A DNA stretch of 64,000 bases from an uncultured Candidatus Saccharibacteria bacterium (GTDB lineage Bacteria; Patescibacteriota; Minisyncoccia; Portnoybacterales; UBA2143). The stretch is taken from assembly GCA_964403725.1 (NCBI GenBank), contig CAYOHI010000003.1, positions 14,374 through 78,373 of the forward strand, given 5' to 3'. Every line of letters begins with the position of its first letter. The first letter of the stretch is position 1. The translations under genes and the position numbers were made by a program. Below are positions 38,727-47,695 of this stretch, piece by piece. The notes beneath the pieces are model-generated. The model had not been told where the DNA came from, searched no databases, and saw only the letters and a list, made by a program, of their open reading frames with translations.

Positions 38727-40451
38727 TTATTGCGGTGGTATTTCTAAATAGTTGAATAGGTATTCAGCTAATCTCTTAAAGACAGGACTAACTGAATCCG
38801 AGGCAAAGCGGATGCCTTGAGGCTTGTCTAATTTTACTAAAATGACAAATTCTGGATCAAAAGCGGGAGCATAGCCGACAAAACTGTGGATTGTCTCTTC
38901 TGAATAGCCTCCCTGCTCCATATCAGCCATTTGGGCTGTTCCCGTTTTACCAGCAATATCATAGCCTGTCAAACGTGCTGGTTTCCCATATCCGTTTTCT
39001 ACTACGCTGACCAGCATCTCACTTATCTCTTCTGATGTCTCAGGAGTGATGACCCGGTCAATCAATTCAGGCTGGATGTCTGTTTCTTCTCCATCTGAGT
39101 AGATGATTTTTTCAACTACATAGGGCCTCATCAGCTTGCCGTCATTAGCCAGGGCTCCTATGGCTGCAACCAGTCCTAGCGGAGTCATTGTTATTCCCTG
39201 CCCGAAAGAAATGGTAGCTAAGTTGATTTCTCTGCCCGTGAACAAGTTGTTAATATTCCCTCCTATCTCACCTACCAGATCAACGCCGGTCGGCTGGTCG
39301 AAATTGAATCTCTGGACGTAATTTTGGAAAATCTCTTCACCTACCAATTGCTGGACATAGACTGCTCCGGTATTGAGAGATTTTTCCAATACCTGGGTCA
39401 TGGTTTGCTCGTTATATACCTTCCCGTCAACATTGCTGATATTGCTTCCCTTTATCTGCAGATATCCCCTGTCCATATATACTGAATCTGGGGTGACTTT
39501 GTCAGCATCCAGGCCAATAGCCATAGTAATCGGCTTGAATACAGAGCCTGGCTCATACACTTCTGAGATGGATGGATTAAGAAAGACATCAATGTTTTCT
39601 ACCTTGCCATATTCATTAGGGTCAAATACCGGCCAATTAGCCATAGCCCTGATAGCGCCAGTTTTTGGATCCATGATGATGATGGTGCCGCTTTCAGCTT
39701 TCCATTTCTCAGCCACTTCTTTCAATTCTTTTTCGGCCCTGAACTGAATGTTCTCATCAAGGGTCAAAATGATATCAGCTCCATCTTGAGCCGGTTCAAC
39801 CTGCCTGTTAAGCGAAGGTATCCAATAGCCAGCGGTATCTTTTTCTCCAGCTAAGAATCCAAATCTTCCTTTCAAGTCGTTCTCATAATATCCTTCCAAT
39901 CCATATTGCCCGATTTTTTTCTTATCAACCATACCGACAAAGCCTGTTATATGGCTAGCCAGCGTATTATTCGGATAATATCGCCATTCCTCAGAAGTCA
40001 GGCCAACGCCCGCAGCTTCCAGTTCCTTGACCTTGTCAGCTATTTCCTGATCTACCTTGTATTTCAAAGGTTCATAAGGGTCATCTTTCTTATTGATCCT
40101 TCTTGAAACATCTTCTTTGTCCAAATCGAGTATTTCGACCAGCTTATTGGCCAAACCATCCTTTTCTTCTTCATTGATATCTTGAGGAACCAGATATATT
40201 CTTTGGAATTCCTTGTTGACAGCTAAGGGACAATGATGGTCTTCTTCTCTCTGCTGGCTGGATAGGTCCTGCATGAATATCTCGCCCCTTTGAGGGAAAA
40301 GGGTTGCATAAAGCTTATGCTGGCCTTGGGCTAGGGCGTAATAGTTGTCATATTGAAGGATCTGGAGAATAAACAAGCGGGCAAATACCCCGCTCCCTAA
40401 AAGAAAAATGATGGTTATTAAGAAATATATGCGCCAATTACTTGCCTTCAT
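38727..40451 (-). CDS. ftsI: Class B penicillin-binding protein (FtsI/PBP2-type)
   Basis: RGEI, EPGSVFK (SxxK), SLN (SxN), KTGTAQ; dcw position. Confidence 0.88.
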   Translation of the reverse strand: MKASNWRIYFLITIIFLLGSGVFARLFILQILQYDNYYALAQGQHKLYATLFPQRGEIFMQDLSSQQREEDHHCPLAVNKEFQRIYLVPQDINEEEKDGLANKLVEILDLDKEDVSRRINKKDDPYEPLKYKVDQEIADKVKELEAAGVGLTSEEWRYYPNNTLASHITGFVGMVDKKKIGQYGLEGYYENDLKGRFGFLAGEKDTAGYWIPSLNRQVEPAQDGADIILTLDENIQFRAEKELKEVAEKWKAESGTIIIMDPKTGAIRAMANWPVFDPNEYGKVENIDVFLNPSISEVYEPGSVFKPITMAIGLDADKVTPDSVYMDRGYLQIKGSNISNVDGKVYNEQTMTQVLEKSLNTGAVYVQQLVGEEIFQNYVQRFNFDQPTGVDLVGEIGGNINNLFTGREINLATISFGQGITMTPLGLVAAIGALANDGKLMRPYVVEKIIYSDGEETDIQPELIDRVITPETSEEISEMLVSVVENGYGKPARLTGYDIAGKTGTAQMADMEQGGYSEETIHSFVGYAPAFDPEFVILVKLDKPQGIRFASDSVSPVFKRLAEYLFNYLEIPPQ

Positions 40452-40455
40452 ATGT

Positions 40456-40794
40456 CTATTCTCTAATTGCTACTGCTTTATCTTCACCCAAATATGTTAT
40501 TTCTCCTACTTCAATCATTTTCAGAGAACCAACTAATCTTTCCAAATTAGCTGGTGATTGCCATTGGGCGATATCTATCTCCATTCTTTCTGCTTCAACT
40601 TCAAGCTGACTTATTTTTTTCTGGTGGTCCCTAATTTCAAAATTACAACTAACCAAACTATTGGTTTGGAATAGATAGAGGAATGATAAGGCGACAACTG
40701 AAAAAGTAATCAAAACGCTTAATATGGCTAAACCGCGATTATGTTTAGATCCACAGAATTTTTTTGATTTGATACAGTGATTTTTGACAGTCAT
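40456..40794 (-). CDS. FtsL-like cell division protein
   Basis: Single TM plus coiled coil, between rsmH and ftsI. Confidence 0.65.
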   Translation of the reverse strand: MTVKNHCIKSKKFCGSKHNRGLAILSVLITFSVVALSFLYLFQTNSLVSCNFEIRDHQKKISQLEVEAERMEIDIAQWQSPANLERLVGSLKMIEVGEITYLGEDKAVAIRE

Positions 40795-40795
40795 C

Positions 40796-41659
40796 TTATA
40801 TCCTTATTCCGGCCCGGAGTTTGGCGCTCCGGCTCCTCTTATTTATTTCAATTTCCTCTGGGCTTGGCCCAATTGGTTTTTTAGTTAAGATTTTTAAATG
40901 ATCCTTGCGGGCTGATTCTCTGAAGAAATTCTTAACGATCCTGTCTTCTAAAGAATGAAATGAAATTACTACCAGTCGCCCACCTTTTTCTAAAAGTTCC
41001 AGAGCCTGCGGCAAGGCTTTCTCTAGATTATTCAATTCATCATTAACTGCTATTCTCAAAGCCTGGAAGGTTTTGGTAGCAAAATGTATCTTGCCATGCC
41101 TGTATCCGCTCGGAACCGCTCTTTTGATAAGATCTACTAATTGGTCAGTTGTCTTGATTTGCCTATTCTGTCTTTCTCTGTGAATTATCTCAGCGATCCT
41201 TCTGGCAAACCTTTCTTCTCCATATTCTCTAAATATTCTAATTAATTCATCCTTGGTCCATTGGTTAATGATATCCTCAGCTGTTAATCCGTGATCTGAG
41301 CAATTCATTTTCAATGGCTCGTCTACCTTAAAAGTGAATCCCCGACCACTTTTATCAAAGTGCCAAGACGAGATACCAAGGTCCAGCAATATACCGTTAA
41401 TTCTATGAAATTCATTTTTCTCTGCTATTTCCTTTAAATTATTGAAATTGTCTTTTATTAAAACCAGTCTTTCATTTTTAGGGGCTTGTTTTAGGACTTC
41501 CTTGTCTTGTTCTATTCCTAAAACTTTTCCATCGGGCTTGCTCTTTTCTAAAATTGCCAAACTATGCCCACCGAATCCAAAAGTGCAATCTATGAAATTC
41601 TCGTTACTCTTTGGATCAAGATATTCTAAGGTTTCTTTTAATAGGGCTGGTACGTGCAT
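40796..41659 (-). CDS. rsmH: 16S rRNA m4C1402 methyltransferase
   Basis: HVPALL.E, DCTFGFGGHS, DLGISS, FQALRIAVN, SFHSLEDR, RSAKLR. Confidence 0.97.
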   Translation of the reverse strand: MHVPALLKETLEYLDPKSNENFIDCTFGFGGHSLAILEKSKPDGKVLGIEQDKEVLKQAPKNERLVLIKDNFNNLKEIAEKNEFHRINGILLDLGISSWHFDKSGRGFTFKVDEPLKMNCSDHGLTAEDIINQWTKDELIRIFREYGEERFARRIAEIIHRERQNRQIKTTDQLVDLIKRAVPSGYRHGKIHFATKTFQALRIAVNDELNNLEKALPQALELLEKGGRLVVISFHSLEDRIVKNFFRESARKDHLKILTKKPIGPSPEEIEINKRSRSAKLRAGIRI

Positions 41660-41660
41660 A

Positions 41661-42092
41661 TTACAGACCCAACTCTCCTAATTTACCTGCCAGATCTCCA
41701 ACTTCTTTTTCAGCTTTTTGCCTGTAATTATCCCATTTGTCTTCTGACCAGATTTCCAGACGATTATACAGACCAATGACAACCGCATTCTTTTTCAAAG
41801 ATGCATATTTTTTTAAGTAATCTGGGATTAGGATTCTTCCTAATCTATCAAAGTTTACAGACATCGCTCCGGCTAGCATGACTCTGGCAAAGCTCCTGGC
41901 TTCAACCTGGCTAGCTGGCAGCTTGCCTAACTTGTCAGCCATGTTTTCCCATTCTTTTAAAGAGTATAAAACCAGACAATTATCAATTCCACGGGTAATG
42001 ACAGCTCCCTTGCTAAAGGAAGGCCTAAATTTAGCTGGAACAGCCAATCTTTTCTTAGTGTCTATTGTATGTTTGTATTCTCCTATGAGCAT
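41661..42092 (-). CDS. mraZ: Transcriptional regulator MraZ
   Basis: MLIGEY.H.ID.K.RL..P, D..GRILIP, EIW; start ATG 42092. Confidence 0.96.
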   Translation of the reverse strand: MLIGEYKHTIDTKKRLAVPAKFRPSFSKGAVITRGIDNCLVLYSLKEWENMADKLGKLPASQVEARSFARVMLAGAMSVNFDRLGRILIPDYLKKYASLKKNAVVIGLYNRLEIWSEDKWDNYRQKAEKEVGDLAGKLGELGL

Positions 42093-42097
42093 GTTAG

Positions 42098-42138
42098 TTA
42101 TCCACAATTACCCTTGTTTATCCCCACTTTTATCCACA
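42098..42138. promoter_or_regulatory. DnaA-box / MraZ-box cluster upstream of mraZ
   Basis: TTATCCACA at 42098 and 42130, TTATCCCCA at 42118; these read as GTGG repeats on the minus strand. Confidence 0.65.
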
Positions 42139-42280
42139 ATTGATTACCTTACATCCATTATATGTTACTAATTATTCCCTGTCAAACACTCAAAACCCAC
42201 TTATTTTGCTGTTAAGAAAAATACAAAAATGGCTTATTCAAGCCATTTTATGTAAAAACACCGTATTTTCTATCCACATA

Positions 42281-42730
42281 TTATCCCCATTTACGCTTCA
42301 AGGCGTAAAAAGAGATTAAAATTATCAATATTAAGGCTGGCAAACCTTGCCAAAAACTCAATCCAGACCAATAGTGGATAGTATTGTGAAAACCTATCAA
42401 TGGTTTTAATGATTCTAAATTTAAATTAACATAGGCAAAATTAAGGAAATCAGGAAAGATCGACACCCCAGCACCAAGAAATATTAATTCTCTTTTCTTT
42501 CTAGGATATTTTAAAGATAACAATATTACTATAATTATTCCTATTAAAAGATCTATCCCTATCTTGATCAAATCATTAAAGCCTTCTAAAGCAACCTTAT
42601 CTAGATAATCCCAATGAGGTAGAAAGTCTAATAAGTAATGACTCGCTAAAGCCAAAATAAAAACGGACCAGACTCTTTTGGCCCGTATTCCAACAACTGA
42701 ACCAACTAACATATGTGGAAAAAGTATCAT
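42281..42730 (-). CDS. Membrane protein, metal-dependent hydrolase-like
   Basis: PH...ASHYLLD..PHWD...FPD...FH..IH; 4 TMs. Confidence 0.55.
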   Translation of the reverse strand: MILFPHMLVGSVVGIRAKRVWSVFILALASHYLLDFLPHWDYLDKVALEGFNDLIKIGIDLLIGIIIVILLSLKYPRKKRELIFLGAGVSIFPDFLNFAYVNLNLESLKPLIGFHNTIHYWSGLSFWQGLPALILIILISFYALKRKWG

Positions 42731-42763
42731 AATACAAAACGCAAACGCTGATCTAATCGTCCT

Positions 42764-43339
42764 TTAAATTTTTAACCTATTGATTAATTTCTCATGGGGC
42801 TTTTCCAAGACATCCCTTAAGAACCGATCAAACATATCATATCGATATTTAAAGTCTTCGCTTGAAAGAAGCACATAATCGATTTCCTTACCTACTTCTG
42901 CTTCTAAATCTCTTAGAAAACCAGAGAGATTTTTCTTCTTAACACTATCCCCGACTATTAAAAGATCTACTCTTGTGTTATCAGCATCAACAAAGATACC
43001 AGAGAGGATAGCTAAGCTAATTTTCCCGATACTTCTTAATCTCTTTAATATTCTTTCTTTAGAAGCAGGACTAGACTTTAGAACTAGGGTTTTTAGTTCC
43101 TTGTAAAAGACAAACCCGGGATTTATTGAATAATACTTCTTATTCCTCTTAACTCGACTATTGATGAATTTGATGCTTTCTAATTTCTTAATTTGTCTCT
43201 GACAGGCGGATGAATCACTCCTGATTCTTTTAGCTATCTCCTGTAAGTAAAAAGATTGACCTTTGTTGCGCAAAAACAACTTTAGCAATCTAACTTTAAC
43301 TGGAGAATCAAAAAGCTGTTCCAAGATTTCTTTACCCAT
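42764..43339 (-). CDS. Winged-HTH plus nucleotidyltransferase-like domain protein
   Basis: LF.S.V.V.LL.LF wHTH; LSGIF...VDLLIVGD...E.EVGKEI.Y. Confidence 0.7.
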   Translation of the reverse strand: MGKEILEQLFDSPVKVRLLKLFLRNKGQSFYLQEIAKRIRSDSSACQRQIKKLESIKFINSRVKRNKKYYSINPGFVFYKELKTLVLKSSPASKERILKRLRSIGKISLAILSGIFVDADNTRVDLLIVGDSVKKKNLSGFLRDLEAEVGKEIDYVLLSSEDFKYRYDMFDRFLRDVLEKPHEKLINRLKI

Positions 43340-43366
43340 AATACTCCCTTCTCCTCCTTATATATA

Positions 43367-43398
43367 AATTAAACCTACTATCTCTAGTAGGTTTAATT
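43367..43398. terminator. Hairpin after rplL
   Basis: AATTAAACCTACTA-TCTC-TAGTAGGTTTAATT. Confidence 0.65.
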
Positions 43399-43430
43399 CT
43401 ATCAAAATATTTGATTTGATTCAATAAGAA

Positions 43431-43868
43431 TTACTTCAAATCAACACCGGCACCAGCTTCTTCTAATTTCTTCTTCATCTCTTCGGCTTCTTCTTTCTTG
43501 ACTCCTTCTTTTAGAGTCTTAGGAGCTCCGTCAACTAAATCTTTGGCTTCTTTTAGACCAAGACCGGTAATTTCTTTAACTACCTTGATTACAGCGATCT
43601 TTTGGTCTCCAGCGCTAGTTAATTCAACATTGAACTCGCTTTTTTCTTCAGCGGCTTCACCGCCATCAGCAGCGCCAGCTGCTGGAGCTGCAGCCATAGG
43701 CACAGCACTAACACCGAACTTTTCTTCTAAGACTTTGACTAATTCAGCTAAGTCCAATACGCTAAGCTCTTCAATTTGTTTTACTAAATCTTTAAACTTA
43801 GAAGGAACTTTGACTTCCTTAGTTTCTTCCTTAGTTTCTTCTTTTTTCTCTTTTTTTTCTTCTGCCAT
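43431..43868 (-). CDS. rplL: 50S ribosomal protein L7/L12
   Basis: [33 protein letters not shown]; charged N-terminal extension. Confidence 0.98.
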   Translation of the reverse strand: MAEEKKEKKEETKEETKEVKVPSKFKDLVKQIEELSVLDLAELVKVLEEKFGVSAVPMAAAPAAGAADGGEAAEEKSEFNVELTSAGDQKIAVIKVVKEITGLGLKEAKDLVDGAPKTLKEGVKKEEAEEMKKKLEEAGAGVDLK

Positions 43869-43886
43869 TTTTTTATTGAAACCTAT

Positions 43887-43924
43887 ATCTTATCTATTTC
43901 ATTAATTAATGAAATAGATAAGAT
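43887..43924. repeat. Perfect 38-bp palindrome between rplJ and rplL
   Basis: ATCTTATCTATTTCATTAA|TTAATGAAATAGATAAGAT. Confidence 0.9.
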
Positions 43925-44446
43925 TTAAGCTTCCTTCTTTATATTACTTAATACAAAAACTAATTTTCTCAAATTACCCTGCAAAGCATTGGCTAATCCA
44001 TACATAGGGCTTGAAATATTGCCTACTAGCTTGGATAGAAGCTCTTGCTTTGATGGCAATTTGGCTAAACTAATTATTGCTTCATTTTCTAAATGATTTC
44101 CTTCAATAATACCTGTTAAAATCTTTACTTCTTCATTTTCTTTAGAAAACTCATGTAAGATCTTAGCTGGGATAACTTCATCTTCATAACCTAAAATTAA
44201 AGCAACTTGGCCAGGCACTTCCTTGATTTTCTCGGGAATCTTCAAACCAGCTTTTTCTAAAGACAAGTCAATTAAGGTTTTCTTAATTACCTGACAATCA
44301 ATTCCTTCTTCTCTTAATTTACCTCTTAATTCTTGGAATTGATCTACTTTAAGGCCGGTATAGTCAAAAAACACAACTGCTTTATGACGATTCAGCTTAT
44401 CGACTAAATCACTGATTAATTCTTTTTTCTTGTCTTTTGTAATCAT
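43925..44446 (-). CDS. rplJ: 50S ribosomal protein L10
   Basis: DYTGLKV, LR.KLR, KKTL, LAKLPSKQELL. Confidence 0.96.
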   Translation of the reverse strand: MITKDKKKELISDLVDKLNRHKAVVFFDYTGLKVDQFQELRGKLREEGIDCQVIKKTLIDLSLEKAGLKIPEKIKEVPGQVALILGYEDEVIPAKILHEFSKENEEVKILTGIIEGNHLENEAIISLAKLPSKQELLSKLVGNISSPMYGLANALQGNLRKLVFVLSNIKKEA

Positions 44447-44457
44447 ATTTTTTAGAT

Positions 44458-44550
44458 TAAAAAATCCGTGACCACAGACACGGACTACTCCTCAAAGAAT
44501 TTTGAGTTTTCGCCTCTATAGGGTTTATTGGATACCTATGGTCTATGGCA
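44458..44550 (-). ncRNA. L10 leader (ribosomal protein autoregulatory RNA) with terminator
   Basis: CCATAGAC-CATAGG...TAA.CCCTATA-GAGG motif, then TCCGTG-N8-CACGGA-T5 just before rplJ. Confidence 0.7.
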
Positions 44551-44600
44551 TTTATTTGATTATCTCTATCTTATTGTATCTATATTGATATGTCAAGAGT

Positions 44601-45590
44601 CTACCTCAAGTACTTATTCTTATTCGCCACGTGCTCTTCAAAGGTTCTACTGTAAATAGTTTGTCCCCCTGGAGCTGAAAGGAAGAAATAGTAATCTGTA
44701 TCAATTGGATAAACAGCTGCTTTAATCGACAGTATTCCAGGGTTATTAATCGGGCCAGGAGGCAGTCCCTTGTTCTGATATGTATTGTATGGTGATTCAA
44801 TCTTTGTATCTTCAGTTGAATAGATCCATTTATCCACCCCTAGGATATATGCGATCGTCGCACATGACTGCAAAGGATAATTATCTCCTATCCTGTTCCA
44901 GAAAATTCCTGAAATTATTCTCTTGTCATAATACAAAGGCAGTTCCTTTTCAATAATACTGGCCATAGCTATAATTTCTTTGATCGTCTTGCCCTGTCTT
45001 TCAATTTCAGCAACTAAATTCTTGCTCAATTTCTTATCGAAATTATCCATCATAGTGACTATAATTTCATCGACAGTTGCATCTTTTTCAAAATCATATG
45101 TATCAGGAAACAGATACCCTTCAAGTTCCGGCCTAGCCAATATTTCACCTGGTTCAATCAATCCCTTACTAGCCAATCTGGCATCAATCTGTTTGTTTGT
45201 AAATCCTTCAGGAATGGTTACTCTAATTTCATTGGTCAGAGTATCTCCTCCTACGATCTTGCGGGAAATCTGACGAATGCTTAAAGCAGAGCTTAAGACG
45301 TATTCTCCTGCTTGCAGTTTGGCAGCCCAGCCTTTATACATGATATATCCGGTAAACCATATTTTGCCCCGTATTAGACCAGCTTCGTCTAGATTCTCTG
45401 AAATCTCTTTCAATCCTTGGCCTTGCTCGATATTGAAGGTTTGATTAGCGCCGTTCATGAATAAGGGAGTATCAAGCTGATAGTCAATTACAAAAACAAT
45501 ATTTAAAGAATAGAAGAAGATCACAAAAAGGCTTATTAGTAAAATAAACCTTTTTTTGTTTTCAATTTTTATCCTGTTAATAAATTTCAT
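44601..45590 (-). CDS. mltG: Endolytic transglycosylase MltG
   Basis: TIPEG, LEGYLFPDTY, ASIIEKE, SPYNTY...GLPPGPINNPG. Confidence 0.95.
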   Translation of the reverse strand: MKFINRIKIENKKRFILLISLFVIFFYSLNIVFVIDYQLDTPLFMNGANQTFNIEQGQGLKEISENLDEAGLIRGKIWFTGYIMYKGWAAKLQAGEYVLSSALSIRQISRKIVGGDTLTNEIRVTIPEGFTNKQIDARLASKGLIEPGEILARPELEGYLFPDTYDFEKDATVDEIIVTMMDNFDKKLSKNLVAEIERQGKTIKEIIAMASIIEKELPLYYDKRIISGIFWNRIGDNYPLQSCATIAYILGVDKWIYSTEDTKIESPYNTYQNKGLPPGPINNPGILSIKAAVYPIDTDYYFFLSAPGGQTIYSRTFEEHVANKNKYLR

Positions 45591-46210
45591 TTATTTACCA
45601 GAGGCACGAAAGAAAATCCTGGATATTCAATACTTTCAAACTTATTCTTACTTTTTTTAATTAATAGCCAAATGCTGCTTTTGACTGGCGTGACCAGTCG
45701 TCCACCAATTTTTAATTGTTCTTTCCAGGTGTTTGGAATTTCTTTGGCTGAAGCAGCTGCAATGATCTTGTCAAAAGGCGCTTCGCTGGGCAAGCCTTTT
45801 GATCCATCACCTGTAATGAATTCCACATTTTTAAAATTATACTTATCCACGTTCTTTTCTCCAAATTCTTTCAGTTCTGGAATTAACTCAATTGCATAGA
45901 CAAAGCCTTTTTTTGCAATCTGGCAAAGCATGGCTGTCTGCCAACCAGATCCAGAACCAATATCTAGAATTTTATCATTTTTTTGTGGCTGGAGCAATTC
46001 CAACATGAAGGCTAAAGTCAAAGGCTGGGATATTGTTTGTTTAAAACCAATAGGAATAGGCGCGTTATATTGGTTAACAAACTCTTTTCCCTTATCCTTT
46101 ATTATCTTCTTCGGCAAAAAATTAGCCCTTTCAATTTTTCTGAAAGCTTTGATGATACTTTTAGTCTTGAGATATTTCTGCTCAATGAGTTGGTTTACTA
46201 ATTTAGGCAT
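45587..46210 (-). CDS. pcm: Protein-L-isoaspartate O-methyltransferase
   Basis: QTISQP, LDIGSGSGWQTA, GDGSKG..APFDKI, FVPL. Confidence 0.95.
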   Translation of the reverse strand: MPKLVNQLIEQKYLKTKSIIKAFRKIERANFLPKKIIKDKGKEFVNQYNAPIPIGFKQTISQPLTLAFMLELLQPQKNDKILDIGSGSGWQTAMLCQIAKKGFVYAIELIPELKEFGEKNVDKYNFKNVEFITGDGSKGLPSEAPFDKIIAAASAKEIPNTWKEQLKIGGRLVTPVKSSIWLLIKKSKNKFESIEYPGFSFVPLVNK

Positions 46211-46227
46211 AATAGTATCTTAACATA

Positions 46228-46256
46228 TTGACTTTTAAGTAACAATGATATATAAT
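46228..46256 (+). promoter_or_regulatory. Sigma70-type promoter of the RRM gene
   Basis: TTGACT-N17-TATAAT. Confidence 0.75.
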
Positions 46257-46373
46257 GCAAATACACGTAAGTTTCTCTAAAAGTTTTCTCTTTCCTTATG
46301 CTTGTGCGTAAGTCAAAAAAAGAAACCATAAAAGAAGAAAGTCGACTTACGCTTTAACAACACGAAAGAACAT

Positions 46374-46667
46374 ATGAATAAGAAATTATATGTAGGTGGT
46401 CTACCTTATGAAACCACCGAAGATGAGTTGAAGGAAGCCTTTGCTAAGGCCGGTACCGTTGAGTCAGCAGTTATTATTACTGACAAAATGACTGGTCGTT
46501 CAAAAGGATTTGGCTTTGTTGAGATGTCTTCTGAAGAAGAAGCTCAAGCAGCCATTGAAATGTGGAATGGCAAAGAGTTTGGTGGTCGCAACTTGACCGT
46601 CAACGAAGCCCGTCCAATGAAGGAACGCCCACAAGGCAACTTCAACCAAGATAACAAAAATTGGTAA
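46374..46667 (+). CDS. RRM (RNP-1) RNA-binding protein
   Basis: RNP2 LYVGGL, RNP1 KGFGFVEM. Confidence 0.95.
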   Translation: MNKKLYVGGLPYETTEDELKEAFAKAGTVESAVIITDKMTGRSKGFGFVEMSSEEEAQAAIEMWNGKEFGGRNLTVNEARPMKERPQGNFNQDNKNW

Positions 46668-46685
46668 ATTTATTTATCGATATAT

Positions 46686-46712
46686 CAAAAACAGCCCATC
46701 TGGGCTGTTTTT
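46686..46712. terminator. Bidirectional terminator
   Basis: CAAAAACAGCCCA-TC-TGGGCTGTTTTTG. Confidence 0.75.
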
Positions 46713-46733
46713 GAATTCAAGATTTAATTAATA

Positions 46734-47678
46734 TTAATCTAATTCCCTAATTGGAGTAAGAACTTCTTTTTTTAAATGATCCTCGATGCTTTTTTCAATA
46801 CATTGATTACCCTTTTCATGCGGCCAGATTTCCCTATAATATTCATATCTAGAATTATCATCATCTAAATTAGAAGTTCTGAAATTAGCACACAGTTCAA
46901 AATCAGTCTCACTTAAAACACTGTATTCATAATTTGTCTTTGTCTCTGGATCAGTTACTGTTTCTGAAGTTATGAATTTAATCTTTTCACTTAAAACAGA
47001 CAGATCTTCTGGCAATTTTTCATTAGAACTATAATATTGATTTATCCCGTCATTGATCATGTTGAAATTATTTAGAACAGCCTGATCTAATTTCCTGTCT
47101 CTGGCTTCCATTGGGCTTTCTCCAAAAATTAAGGCTGAAGGCAAGACTATTAGAACAATAATTAAAGAAACGAAGAAATATGTTCTAATAATACCATCTT
47201 TAACGCCTAGGATATTCCTGCGGCGGATGTCATACAGATAGAAGCTAAAGATTAGACCTGAAATGATAATTGAGGTTAAAGCCTTCAAGCCGAATTTAAG
47301 GGTTAATTCCCCTCCTAAGAAAATATTAACTAAGCCGATGAACCAGCCTAGAATAACAATTGAAGAAATCAGAAGAATGAAATAGTTTAAGACTTTCCTG
47401 ACTTTCGAATCTTCAGCTAAAGCTCCTTTAAAAAGATTCTTGTGGATGAAGTAATTAACAACAAAGAATACTGGAGCAGCCACTATCAAGGCTGAAACAG
47501 CAAAGCGCAATGCCTCAGGATCAAAGCTATACCTGAACTGATTAATGGCGTCAGGAATATATTTATTAATAATTTGAAAAACAATCATGCCTACTGAAAA
47601 ACCAGTAAATCCTAGAGAAACTAAGGAAAGCATGTATAGGAAAGCGTATTTTGGTGAATCGTAATTATTTGTATCCAT
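46734..47678 (-). CDS. DUF5671-like membrane protein with pilin-like C-terminal domain
   Basis: PKYAFLY.LSLVSL, LR..VS.LIV..P.F, SP...RD..LD, DPET...YEY, FELCANF. Confidence 0.7.
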   Translation of the reverse strand: MDTNNYDSPKYAFLYMLSLVSLGFTGFSVGMIVFQIINKYIPDAINQFRYSFDPEALRFAVSALIVAAPVFFVVNYFIHKNLFKGALAEDSKVRKVLNYFILLISSIVILGWFIGLVNIFLGGELTLKFGLKALTSIIISGLIFSFYLYDIRRRNILGVKDGIIRTYFFVSLIIVLIVLPSALIFGESPMEARDRKLDQAVLNNFNMINDGINQYYSSNEKLPEDLSVLSEKIKFITSETVTDPETKTNYEYSVLSETDFELCANFRTSNLDDDNSRYEYYREIWPHEKGNQCIEKSIEDHLKKEVLTPIRELD

Positions 47679-47695
47679 ATTTTTATCTTAATTAT

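Noticed and set aside
42098-42289. oriC call
   Set aside because: No dnaA/dnaN nearby and no change in gene strand bias; kept only as a regulatory finding.
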